A DNA stretch of 64,000 bases from assembly GCF_006345805.1 (NCBI RefSeq), contig NC_043014.1:42470001-42534000 (forward strand). The letters run 5' to 3'. The stretch is from Octopus sinensis. Lineage: Eukaryota. Made by a program: the position numbers and the translations under genes. Positions 1-11,547 of the stretch are shown here, piece by piece (positions within the stretch are counted from its first letter, which is position 1; each line of letters starts with the position of its first letter). The notes under the pieces were generated by a model. It worked only from the letters and a program-made list of their open reading frames with translations. It was not told where the DNA came from and did no database searches.

Positions 1-91
1 GGCAATGATAATGATGATGACGATGACAGCGATGATGATGAGGATGATGTTGATGACGACGACAACGATGAGATTGTCTGAACAGGTGTAT

Positions 92-230
92 ATAAAGAAA
101 TAAGAAACTGAAAGAAGCCCGTCATATATGTTTGTATAAAATAATAAAATTAGAATTCAATTTATCATTTAATGATTAAATTAATTAATTGTTCAATTCA
201 TTATTTTGGTTTCCCTTTCTTATATATATA
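92..230 (+). repeat. ~140-bp direct duplication, second copy at 1159-1300
   Basis: ataaagaaataagaaactgaaagaagcccgtcatatatg...ggtttccctttcttatatatata occurs at 92 and at 1159. Confidence 0.9.
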
Positions 231-301
231 TACATATATAAACATATATATACATATATATACATATATATACATATATAAACATATATATACATATATA
301 T

Positions 302-343
<42 letters not shown>

Positions 344-399
344 GTCAAATGTAAATAATGTAAATAATATACATAATGTTTGAAGCATTTGTGGGAGGA

Positions 400-720
400 C
401 ATGAATCTGTCAAGCACAAATAACTGGATTCTTCGTGGTGACAATGCACCGTCACCAAGCACTTCTCAATCGTGAGTTTCTCACCAGAAACATGACATTA
501 CTTCCACACCTGCCCTCTATTCACCAGATTTAGCACCTGTAGACTTCCATCTCTTCCCCAAGACGAAAATGCAGCTCAAAGGTTGCCGTTTTAACACCAG
601 TGTCGAGATCCAGTGTGAATCACAACAGGTCCTTGACTTGCTTATGGGACCAGATTCCAAAAGTGACAGGAATGCTGGGACCAGTGTATTGCCACACAAG
701 GGGACTATTTCAAAAGAGAT
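400..720 (+). mobile_element. mariner (Tc1/mariner) transposase C-terminal remnant, frameshifted
   Basis: Translates to WILRGDNAP (425), YSPDLAPVDFHLFPKTKMQLKGCRF (518 onward) and WDQCIATQGDYF; matches mariner motifs DNAP, YSPDLAP-D and W-x-x-C-I-x-x-x-G-x-Y-F. Confidence 0.9.
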
Positions 721-938
721 GATGATGATGATGTTAAAACTCAGGTAAATATGTTATTTTTCATTAAACATAACTAGACCAGGAACATACTGACAAGGTT
801 TGCTCATTACCTTGTGATCATGAGCTGAATCCCTTAATCAGTAGACCATGCACCTTCACAAAGTAATATTAAGGGTATTCTATAGTTCAAGCAAACAAAA
901 GCCTTGTGAGTGGATTCAGTTGTCAGAAACTCAAAGAA

Positions 939-1172
939 GGCGGCAAGCTGGCAGAGACGTTAGCATGCCGGGCAAAATACCTAGTGGTATTTCATCTGTC
1001 TTTACGTTCTGAGTTCAAATTCCGCCAAGGTCGACTTTGCCTTTCATCCTTTCAGGGTCGATAAATTAAGTACCAGTTACACACTGAAGTTGATGTAGTT
1101 GACTTAATCCATTTGTCTGTCCATGTTTGTCCCCTCTATGTTTAGCCCCTTGTGAGCAATAAAGAAATAAGA
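939..1172 (+). mobile_element. tRNA-headed SINE, working family A, inserted into a family B SINE
   Basis: A-box-like agctggcagagacgttagc, B-box gagttcaaattc, core gcctttcatcctttc-ggggtcgataaattaagtaccag; flanked by agaaact(c/g)aaagaag duplication. Confidence 0.85.
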
Positions 1173-1285
1173 AACTGAAAGAAGCCCGTCATATATGTTT
1201 GTATAAAATAATAAAATTAGAATTCAATTTATCATTTAATGATTAAATTAATTAATTGTTCAATTCATTATTTTGGTTTCCCTTT

Positions 1286-1323
<38 letters not shown>

Positions 1324-1388
1324 ATAGAAATATTAAAATTACTAAGTCTCTCTAAAGGAGATTACGACAGCATTACTGGAAATTAATA

Positions 1389-1639
1389 GTTATCGCCATA
1401 CTTATATGGCAGTCTTATAAATATAAGACTAAAGCTGTCGCTGATTAGCTCAAGAGGCCACTGCCTCAGCTAGCTATCTGACACAGGCAGGATGAAGCGG
1501 CTGACCTCCCTTGTCGAAGGTTTGTAATGGACGCAGATTGTGTGTCAAATAGCTAGCTTGAGGCGGTGGCCTCTTGGAGCTAATCAGCGACAGCTTTAGT
1601 CTTATATTTATAAGACTGCCATATTAGTATGGCGATAAC
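1389..1639. mobile_element. MITE/foldback element with ~98-bp terminal inverted repeats and TA flanks
   Basis: 1389-1485 is the near-perfect reverse complement of 1541-1639 (gttatcgccatact...gacaca / tgtgtc...agtatggcgataac); TA on both sides. Confidence 0.9.
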
Positions 1640-1684
1640 TATATATACATATATATACATATATAAACATATATATACATATAT

Positions 1685-1725
<41 letters not shown>

Positions 1726-1749
1726 TGTGTGTATATATATGTGTGTGTG

Positions 1750-1785
<36 letters not shown>

Positions 1786-2496
1786 TGTATGTATGTATGC
1801 ATGCATGCGTGCATGCGTGTGTGTGTGTGCATGTGTGTGTGAGTATCCTTGCACCTCACCAGCATGGATAGCAGACATGAAATGATGATGATAAGGACAA
1901 TGGGGATGGTGGGTGGCGGCAGCAGTGGTGCCAGGAATGGTGGTGGCGGTCGTGGTGGTGGTGGTCGTGGTCGTGGTAGCGTTTGTGATGATAAGGAGGA
2001 TGATGATAAAAGTTGTCTCCCCTTGTCTTTCTTGACCAGAATTAAGCATAAATATAATCGGGGTTGATTTTTCTGGTTTTATTATTTTTTTTCCTCATCA
2101 CTACAGATATAGATTTAACTGAATATTAAACACATTAGTAGACAGCATAACCATTCAATTTTTCATCCGGATGGCCTCCGAGTAATTTTTCGCCTGGCCA
2201 TAAGGTGGTGTTCATGAGTTAAAATATAGGACTAGACTTTTATATTGACAATTTACCAGATTGACAAGTGTTCTGAATAAAGATTTTTATCATATCTAAC
2301 TTAGGTTTTTTTCTTCTCTCCCTAACTCATATTAGATCTCCCTTCCTTATCTAGAATTGTTATTGTTGATCAAGTACACACATAATCAATAGAATTCCAG
2401 CTGTGACTATTTTTTTTTCTCAGTCATTGTACATCAAGGACTACAATACACAGAGTGTCTTTTTTCTTCTCTCTCTCTCTCTCTCTCTCTCTCGCT

Positions 2497-3105
2497 CTCT
2501 TTTATTCTTTTACTTGTTTCAGTCATTTGACTGTGGCCATGCTGGAGCACCACCTTTTTTAGTCGAGCAAATCGACCCCCAGGACTTATTCTTCGTAAGC
2601 CTAGTACTTATTCTATCGCTCTCTTTTGCCGAACCGCTAAGTTACGGGGATGTAAACACACCAGCATCGGTTGTCAAGCGAAGTTGGGGGTGCAAACACA
2701 GACACACAAACATACACACACACACATACATATATATATATGTATATATACATATATACGACGGGCTTCTTTCAGTTTCCGTCTACCAAATCCACTCACA
2801 AGGCTTTGGTCGGCCCGAGGCTATAGTAGAAGACACTTGCCCAAGGTGCCACGCAGTGAGACTGAACCCGGAACCATGTGGTTCGTAAGCAAGCTACTTA
2901 CCACACAGCCATTCCTATGCATGTAGCTACTCCTGCTATATACACAACAGGCTTCTTTCAGTTTCCATCTACCAAATCCACTCACAAGGCTTTGGTCGGC
3001 CCGAGGCTATAGTAGAAGACACTTGCCCAAGGTGCCACGCAGTGGGACTGAACCTGGAACCATCTGGTTCGTAAGCAAGCTACTTACCACACCGCCACTC
3101 CTACA
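2497..3105 (-). mobile_element. tRNA-headed SINE family B with a duplicated head/core segment
   Basis: Reverse complement of gcaggagtggctgtgtggtaag...ggttcagtcccactgcgtggcaccttgggcaagtgtc...gaaactgaaagaagcc...cagtcaaatgactgaaacaagtaaaagag; MIR/CORE-like accttgggcaagt motif. More than 20 copies in the window, e.g. 3860-4290, 4675-5065, 9545-9992, 13560-13965, 19640-20050, 20875-21250 (-); 5099-5268, 18910-19325, 35360-35770, 36995-37400, 50720-51550, 55270-55680, 59385-59775 (+). Confidence 0.9.
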
Positions 3106-4343
3106 CCTCTCTCTCTCTCTCTCTCCTCTCTTTTTTTTTTTTTTTTTTGATTTTTCAAGGCAGCTTATTGTGATTTAATATAGAGCTGGTTGCTGCTTTT
3201 AATAGGGCAAGTGATCCTGAGATAGTTGATACCGTTCACTGGAAACAGTTTTTGTCGTGGTACTCTGCGTTTAATCTAAATTACAGTTTAAAGAACGCCC
3301 GAGGGAAATTACCAGATGGTATTTCAAGAATATAGCACAAGCAAATCCAAATACTTAGTTTTTTTGGCAATGTGACAGTACCACTACAACAACATCAACA
3401 ACAACTGTACAACAATTAAATAATGATAAATAATAATTATTATTATATGTGGGCTTTTGGTGCATCCCAATCAATCATGAGTATTCTAGACGGGTGGTAC
3501 TTAAACTAGGTAACAAGGAAGAATAATTATTGCTTAACCTTTTCAATACTGACATACCTGAGCCTGTCTTTTACTTCTATAATAGAAAACCTCCTGTTTA
3601 TAAAGTGTTCGTATTTGAATTAAAAATATTGCATTATAATTTAAATTAAAGAACTGTGAATAATTACGGCCTAAATATTAATTCAAAACTGCATTGCAAT
3701 AGTTTGTTAATTAATTAATTAAATCACTGCAATTTTTTTTTATTATTTTCATATTTATTGAAAACATAAAGAAAGTGTATTTCATTGGAAATATGGTCGT
3801 GGAAGTTTTCCAAGTGAGTTTTACGGGGTGAGGGTGGTTCTAAGTATTCTTTTATTCTTTTCTTTTCTTTTATTTGTGTCAGTCATTTGACTGTGGCCAT
3901 GCTGGAGAATCACCTTTTTAGTCCAGCAAATCGACCCCAGGACTTATTCTTTGTAGGCCTAATACTCATTCTTAGTTATGGAGACATAAACATACCAGCA
4001 TCGATTGTCAAGCGATATTGGGTGGGGTGCAAACAGAGACACACGCACACACACACGCACACACTCACAGACACACACACACACACACACACGCACGCAC
4101 GCACACACACACACACACACAAATATACATACGGCAGGCTTCTTTCAGTTTCCGTCTACCAAATCCACTCACAAGGCTTTGGTCAGCCCAAGGCTATAGT
4201 AGAAGACACTTGCCCAAGGTGCCACGCAGTGGGATTGAACCCGGAACCATGTGGTTGGTAAGCAAGCTACCTACCACACAGTCACACCTGCTCCTATATG
4301 TGTTAGTTTGCTGTTAGAAATGTCTTACATTGTTAACTGTGTG

Positions 4344-4670
4344 GGCACATGGCTTAGTGGTTAGAATATTTGGCTCATGATCATAACATCATGAGTTCAA
4401 TTCTCGGTGATTCATTGTCTCCTTGAGCAAGACACTTTATTACTATTTAACATTGCTTCGGTCAACTCAGCTGGCAAAAATGAGTTGTACCTGTAATTCA
4501 AAGGGCCAGTCTTGTCACACCGTATGTCACACTGAATCTCCCAGAGAACTACATCAAGTGTACATGTGTCTGTGGAGTACTCAGCCACTTGCATGTTAAT
4601 TTCACAAGCCGGCTGCTTTGTTGATCAGATTAACTGGAACATTTATCGTCATAACCAACAGAGTGCCAGA
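4344..4670 (+). mobile_element. tRNA-headed SINE family F
   Basis: ggcacatggcttagtggttag A-box, gagttcaattc B-box, ttgagcaagacacttta core, tail gtacatgtgtctgtggagtactcagccacttgca; the tail recurs at 9380-9500 (+), 34350-34575 (-) and 47585-47770 (-). Confidence 0.8.
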
Positions 4671-5293
4671 ATATCTCTCTTTACTCTTTCACTTGTTTCA
4701 GTCATTTGACTGCGGCCATGCTGGAGCACCGCCTTTAATCGAGCAACTCGACCCCGGGACTTATTCTTTGTAAGCCTAGTACTTATTCTATCGGTCTCTT
4801 TTGCCGAACCGCTAAGTGACGGGGACGTAAACACACCAGCATCGGTTGTCAAGCAATGCTAGGGGGACAAACACAGACACACAAACACACACACATATAC
4901 ATATATACGACAAGCTTCTTTCAGTTTCCGTCTACCAAATCCACTCACAAGGCATTGGTCAGCCCGAGGCTATAGCAGAAGACACTTGCCCAAGGTGCCA
5001 TGCAGTGGGACTGAACCCGGAACCATGTGGTTTGTTAGCAAGCTACTTACCACACAACCACTCCTTTATTAATTTTAATAAAAGTGGAAACTAATAAGTG
5101 CAGGAGTGGCTGTGTGGTAAGAAGCTTGCTTACCAACCACATGGTTCCGGGTTCAGTCCCACTGCGTGGCACCTTGGGCAAGTGTCTTCTACTATAGCCT
5201 CGGGCTGATCAAAGCCTTGTGAGTGGATTCAGTAGACGGAAACTGAAAGAAGCCTGTCGTATATATCATATTTATTGAAGGAGGACCATCATT

Positions 5294-7351
5294 ACTTTTA
5301 GCATTTTTGAGAAAAACTTATATTTACAAAGTTATTTCACGTTAAAGTTGTCCTATTTTGGTAATTTCAACCAATCAATGACGTGTATTCAGCTGAATAA
5401 AATTACTGCCGTTGTTTGTCAACAACAACTATCAGCGGTGTATTTTTCATTTGTCACTGTTATTTATGACATCGTTCATGCATTTGTACTGGTTTTTAGC
5501 TTTAAGGTTTTAGGGTTAGGGTTAGGGTTAGGGTTAGGGTTTTAGGGTTAGGGTTAGGGCTTTAGGATTAGGGTTAGGGTTTTAGGGTTAGGGTTAGGGT
5601 TACGGTTTTAGGGTTAGGGTTAAGGTTTTAGGGTTAGGGTTAGGGTTAGGGTTTTAGGGTTAGGGTTAGGGTTTTAGGGTTAGGGTTAGGGTTAGGGATT
5701 TAGGGTTAGGGTGGGTTTTAGGGTTAGGGTTAGGGTTAGGGTTTATGGTTAGGGTAGGGTTTTAGGGTTAGGGTTAAGGTTTTAGGGTTAGGTTAGGGTT
5801 AAGGTTTTAGGGTTAGGGTTAGGGCTTTATGGTTAGGGTTAGGGTTTAGGGTTAGGGTTAAGGTTTTAGGGTTAGGGTTAGGGTTAGGGTTTTATGGTTA
5901 GGTGTTGGGTTAAAGTTTTAGGGTTAGGTTAGGGTTTTATGGTTAGGGTTAGGGTTTTAGGGTTAGGGTTAAGGTTTTAGGGTTAGGGTTAGGGTTAAGT
6001 TTTAGGGTTAGGGTTAGGGTTAAGGTTTTAGGGTTAGGGTTGGGTTTTAGGGTTAGGGTTAGGGTTAAGGTTTTTTGGTTAGGTTAGGTTTTAGGGTTAG
6101 GGTTAAGGTTTTGGTTAGGTTAGGGTTAAGGTTTTAGGGTTAGGGTTAGGGCTTTATGTTAGGGTTAGGGTTTTAAGGGTTAGGGTTAAGGTTTTTTAGG
6201 TTAGGGTTAGGGTTAGGGTTTTAGGGTTAGGGTTGGGGTTAAAGTTTTAGGGTTAGGGTTAGGGTTTTATGGTTAGGGTTAGGGTTTTAGGGTTAGGGTT
6301 AAGGTTTTAGGGTTAGGGTTAGGGTTAAAGTTTTAGGGTTAGGGTTAGGGTTAAGGTTTTAGGGTTAGGGTTAGGGTTTTATGGTTAGGGTTAGGGTTTT
6401 AGGGTTAGGGTTAAGGTTTTAGGGTTAGGGTTAGGGTTAGGGTTTTAGGGTTAGGGTTGGGGTTACGGTTTTAGGGTTAGGGTTAGGGTTTTATGGTTAG
6501 GGTTAGGGTTTTAGGGTTAGGGTTAAGGTTTTAGGGTTGGGGTTAGGGTTAGGGTTTTAGGGTTAGGGTTAGGGTTTTAGGGTTAGGGTTAGGGTTAGGG
6601 ATTTAGGGTTAGGGTTAGGGTTTTAGGGTTAGGGTTAGGGTTAAGGTTTTATGGTTAGGGTTAGGGTTTTAGGGTTAGGGTTAAGGTTTTAGGGTTAGGG
6701 TTAGGGTTAAGGTTTTAGGGTTAGGGTTAGGGTTTTATGGTTAGGGTTAGGGTTTTAGGGTTAGGGTTAAGGTTTTAGGGTTAGGGTTAGGGTTAGGGTT
6801 TTAGGGTTAGGGTTGGGGTTAAAGTTTTAGGGTTAGGGTTAGGGTTTTATGGTTAGGGTTAGGGTTTTAGGGTTAGGGTTAAGGTTTTAGGGTTAGGGTT
6901 AGGGTTAAAGTTTTAGGGTTAGGGTTAGGGTTAAGGTTTTAGGGTTAGGGTTAGGGTTTTATGGTTAGGGTTAGGGTTTTAGGGTTAGGGTTAAGGTTTT
7001 AGGGTTAGGGTTAGGGTGGGTTTTTTAGGGTTAGGGTTGGGGTTACGGTTTTAGGGTTAGGGTTAGGGTTTTATGGTTAGGGTTAGGGTTTTAGGGTTAG
7101 GGTTAAGGTTTTAGGGTTGGGGTTAGGGTTAAGGTTTTAGGGTTAGGGTTAGGGTTAGGGTTTTATGGTTACGGTTGTCATAAGTAACAGTGACAAACAA
7201 AAAATACACCACTGGAAGTTCTAGTTGACAAACACAGTAATAATTTTATTCAGCTGAATACATGTCATTGATTGGTTGAAATTACCGAAATAGGCCTTCT
7301 TTAACGTGAAATTACTTCATAAATATAAGTTTTCTCAAAAATGCTAAGAGT
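5294..7351. mobile_element. foldback-like element: ~175-bp inverted arms enclosing a telomere-like array
   Basis: 5294-5470 matches the reverse complement of 7177-7351 (agcatttttgagaaaaacttatattt...aatttcaaccaatcaatgac...tattcagctgaata...tttgtcactgtta). Confidence 0.85.
5503..7176 (+). repeat. interstitial telomere-like array of TTAGGG with TTTTAGGG, TTAAGG and TTTTATGG variants
   Basis: Continuous ~1.67-kb array; 580-bp higher-order duplication (ggttggggttaaagtttt at 6231 and 6811; ggttacggtt at 6461 and 7041). Confidence 0.97.
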
Positions 7352-7589
7352 AAAACATGTTTTATATGAAACATTCTACCAGTGTCTGAAATTTGAAAGT
7401 GTTCAGTTACAAAAAATTATTTTTTAAATCTGTACGTCAAAAGGTAAAGATCCCAAAAGTCTATATGATAGCTTACCTCATGGTGTCTACTGCAGAATAG
7501 CTTGTTCTAACATAACATCCGTGCTTAAGTGAGGATAAATATTACCTCTTGGTATTAATACTGCCTCTGTCTCTAATATAAAGCTTTCC

Positions 7590-7830
7590 TGTAGGTACCA
7601 AGTTACAGTGTTCTATCACCATCAGAATCAAAACTTTGAACCCACTAGAAGAGAAAAGGAAGAAATCAAGCGAAATGAGAGAAAGGCTCAACAAAATCAC
7701 CCTCATTCTCCACCAGCATTATCATGCAGCCAATGCCATCAGCTCTTCTTCTATGCAAGAATTGGTCTGCTTAGTCATCAACTCCATAACCATAAAGGAA
7801 GTGTTCAGCAAAGGAGAAACTAAATTCTTG
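7590..7830 (+). mobile_element. RTE LINE ORF2 3' fragment with C-terminal C2H2-type finger
   Basis: ...FEPTRREKEEIKRNERK...CSQCHQLFFYARIGLLSHQLHNH resembles the RTE C-terminal C-x2-C...ARIGL-SH-x-x-H motif. Confidence 0.75.
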
Positions 7831-8669
7831 GATATGAGATAAAACTGCAGTTATGTTGTAAATAAATGTAGACATCTTGTCTTTGAATACAATATCTAAG
7901 TCAAAAGATGAAGAGAAGTATCCTATGTTATGATTCCATCAGATCTTTTTAACTGCCTGCACAGACACTACTAATAAAGCCATTATTACTCATGGCTTAC
8001 ATAAATTGGATAGACTAGTTTGCATATATACAAAACATTCGGAGTAGCTAGTTCAATCACCATATTTGATGGCATGTAAAACATGTATTTTTTTCTGTAC
8101 ATACCAGTTGTAAATTTGTCTATCCAGTAGTTTAACACCACTAAACTTGGTGGATATTTAAGCAATGTATTCATGGATACTTAATGGGTTTGATGTGGTA
8201 CTGATGAAAGAGCAATAATTCCTGAAATATGCACATACGCCCATTACCTTCTTTTTTTTTTTTCTACCTTCAATCACATTGTTTACATAAATGTATTCAT
8301 AAATGAAAAATAGAAACTTTCAGTACTGGCTCTAAATTCTATAGAAAACCTGTAAAGATAAACTTTAAAATTTTGTGTTTTATGGTTTAATCTAAAGGCG
8401 GGGAAGGAACACATAGCTTAAAGGTTATTTGTAGCTTTCAAGAAAAAGTCTGGATTTTGCATAAAATAAATACGTTTTTACTGATTATATAATGCTGTAT
8501 TTATTATTCTAATGATTTGCAAATTCTCAAAAACAAAATCCAGTTAAAAATGTCAATTTGCATTTTTATTTCTTATTGTAATATTTTCACAATAAATGTA
8601 ATTACATTTGTTTTTTCTTGAATATTCAATAGAATTTTCTTTTATGGTGTCTTATTAGATTGCACTTGA

Positions 8670-8949
8670 TTCATCACTGTCATCATCATCGTTGTCGTCG
8701 TCATCATCATCATCATCATCATCGTTGTTGTCATCGTCATCATCATCATCATCATCGTTGTTGTCATCGTCATCATCATCATCATCATCGTTGTCGTCGT
8801 CATCAACATCATCCTCATCATCATCGCTGTCATCGTCATCATCATTATCATTGTCATTGTCGTCATCATCATTATCATCATCACCATCATCGTCATATTC
8901 ATCATTGTTATCATCATCATCATCACCATTGTCATCATAATCATCATCA

Positions 8950-8981
<32 letters not shown>

Positions 8982-9380
8982 ATCATCATCATCATCATCT
9001 CATCATCATCATCATCATCACCATCATCGTCATATTCATCATTGTTATCATCATTGTCGTTAGTGTTGTTAATACCATCATCATCGGCGGCGTCGGTGTC
9101 ATCACTACTACCAGCAATATCAGCACCACCGTCACCACTACCACCAACACACTGCCGACACCACCACCACCACCATCACCAACACCACCACCACCACCAC
9201 CACCACCACCATCACCACCAAAATCACTACCTCCACCACCACCACCATCACCAACACCGCCACCATCACCACTGCCACTACCATCACCACCACCACCACC
9301 ACCATTGCCACCAACACCACCACTACCAGTACCATTACTATTGCCATTGTCATCACTATCATTATCATTGTCATCATTCA
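8670..9380. repeat. compound (CAT/CGT)n then (CAC)n microsatellite
   Basis: Seen directly; explains the poly-His/Pro/Met ORFs. Confidence 0.95.
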
Positions 9381-9775
9381 GTGTCAGACTGAATCTCTTT
9401 GAGAACTATGTTAAAGGTACATGTGTCTGTGGAGTACTCAGCCACTTGCATACTAATTTCATGAGTAGGCTGTTCTGTTGATCAGATTAATTGGAGTGTT
9501 CATCATTATAATTAATGGAGACCCTGTTAATAAAGACAGTTACTTTACTCTTTTACTCTTTTACTTGTTTCAGTCATTTGACTGTGGCCACGCTGGAGCA
9601 CCGCCTTTAGTCGAGTGAATCGACCCCAGGACTTATTCTTTGTAAGCTTAGTACTTATTCTATCTGTCTCTCTTGCCAAACTGCTAAGTTACAGGGATGT
9701 AAACACACCAGCATCAGTTATCAAGCAATGTGGTGGGGACAAACAAGACACACAGACATACACACACGCACATAC

Positions 9776-9822
<47 letters not shown>

Positions 9823-10828
9823 TATACACATATATATGATGAGCTTCTTTCAGTTTCCGTCTACCAAACCCACTCACAAGGCTTTGGTCGGCCCGAGGCT
9901 AAAGTAGAAGACAGTTGCCAAAGGTACCATGCAGTGGGACTGAACCTGGAACCATGTGGTTCATAAGCAAGCTACTTACCACACAGCCACTCAAAATTAA
10001 TTGAAGCAAAAGCAGTGTCTTTCATTAGAAATAAGGTAATAATCATTATCATCATCAATGTTCATTTGCCAAAGCACAAATTTACAGGGATGTAAACACA
10101 CCAACACCGACTGCTAAGCAGTGGTGGGGGACAAACATAGGCATAAAGACACACACACAGGCCCGAGGCTATAGTAGAAGACACTTGCCCAAGGTGCCAT
10201 GCAGTGGGAATGAACCCGGAACCATGCGGTTGATAAGCAAGCAACCTACCACACAGCCATTCCTATGCCTATAGCTACCTCTGCTATATACACAACAGGC
10301 TTCTTTCAGTTTCCGTCTACTTAATCACCTCACAAGGCTTTGCTTGGCGTGAGGCTATAGTAAAAGACACTTGCCTAAGATTCCGCTGAGTGGGATTGAA
10401 CCTGAAACCATGTGGTTGAGAAGCAAACTTCTTAACAAAACAGTAACATCTAGCATAACGAGGGTGTAATTACTAGAACACAGGAAGAACCGCATGACTG
10501 ATAAATTCTGTATTGGCTTCAGTTACTTAGGTCAATTCTTCCCATCAGCAAAATTTATGCAACTGTGAAGATGCAGTTGGCACAAAAGCATTTAAACTAC
10601 AAGACAGTCTAAAATGGTTCTGAATTTTGGCATCATACCCATGTAACAACAACATTGATAGGAGAGATTCCGGGTGAAAAGTAATTCACTCCGCATTGTA
10701 TTAGTGAATGTATATGAAATATTTAACAAATTTCAGATCAGTGTGAAAGATGAAATTAGGCATCGGATAACAAGAAGTATAACAATATCTATTAGTTGTC
10801 TGTTCTTACACAAGAATATATAAAACAT

Positions 10829-11140
10829 GTGGAGGCACATGGCTTAGTGGTTAGAGCAGTGGACTTGCAGTCGAGGGATTGCGGGTTCGAATCTCAGACC
10901 GGGGCGATGTGTGTATTTATGAGCGAAACACCTAAGCTCCATGCGGCTCCGGCAGTAGGTAATGGTGAACTTCTGCTGACTCTTTCACCACAACATTTTC
11001 TCACTCTTTCCTCCTGCATCTTGCAGCTCGCCTGTGACGGACCGGCGTCCCGTCCAGGTGGGGAACCTATACGCCAAGGAAACCAGGAAACTGGCCCTTA
11101 TGAGCCAGGCATGGCTCGAGAAGGAACAAACAACAACAAT
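10829..11140 (+). mobile_element. tRNA-headed SINE family D, tail type 1
   Basis: ggaggcacatggcttagtggttagagc A-box, gggttcgaatc B-box, gagcgaaacacctaagctccatgcggctccggcag core, tail gacggaccggcgtcccgtccagg...caacaacaa. Confidence 0.8.
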
Positions 11141-11547
11141 ATATAAAACATGCATCGGTATCAGAGATTATTGATCATTTTCAGTACACTGTAAACACCA
11201 ATAATAATTTCAAAGTTTTGGCACAAGGCCAGCAAATTCAGGGGAAGGTGGGGGGCTTAGTTGATTACATCGACCTCAGTGTTTCACTTGTGCTTATTTT
11301 ATCAAATCCGAAAAAATGAATGGCTAAGTTGACCTCGGTGGAATTTGAACTGAGGACATAAGAACGGACAAAGTGCAGCTAAGCAATTTATCTGGCGTGA
11401 GAACAATCCTGCCGGCTTGCCACTTTACTACAACTGCTAATGATGATGATGGGCAAGTGTCTCCTACTATAGCTTCAGGTCAACCAAAGCCTTGTGTGTG
11501 GGTTTGGTAGACAGAAACTGAAAGAAACCCGTTGTATATATGTGTGT

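Noticed and set aside
5503-7176. True telomere or fusion site
   Set aside because: Flanked by ordinary DNA on both sides, single orientation, patterned variants, enclosed by inverted arms.
8001-8221. Minus-strand segment with good acceptor and donor (…LLDRQIYNWYVQKK…)
   Set aside because: All three frames contain stops; the 62-aa ORF has no recognisable homology; possibly a decayed transposase or UTR exon, unsupported.
10829-10910. tRNA gene (also 32157, 40552, 48841)
   Set aside because: A and B boxes are present but there is no full cloverleaf, and each continues into a SINE body.
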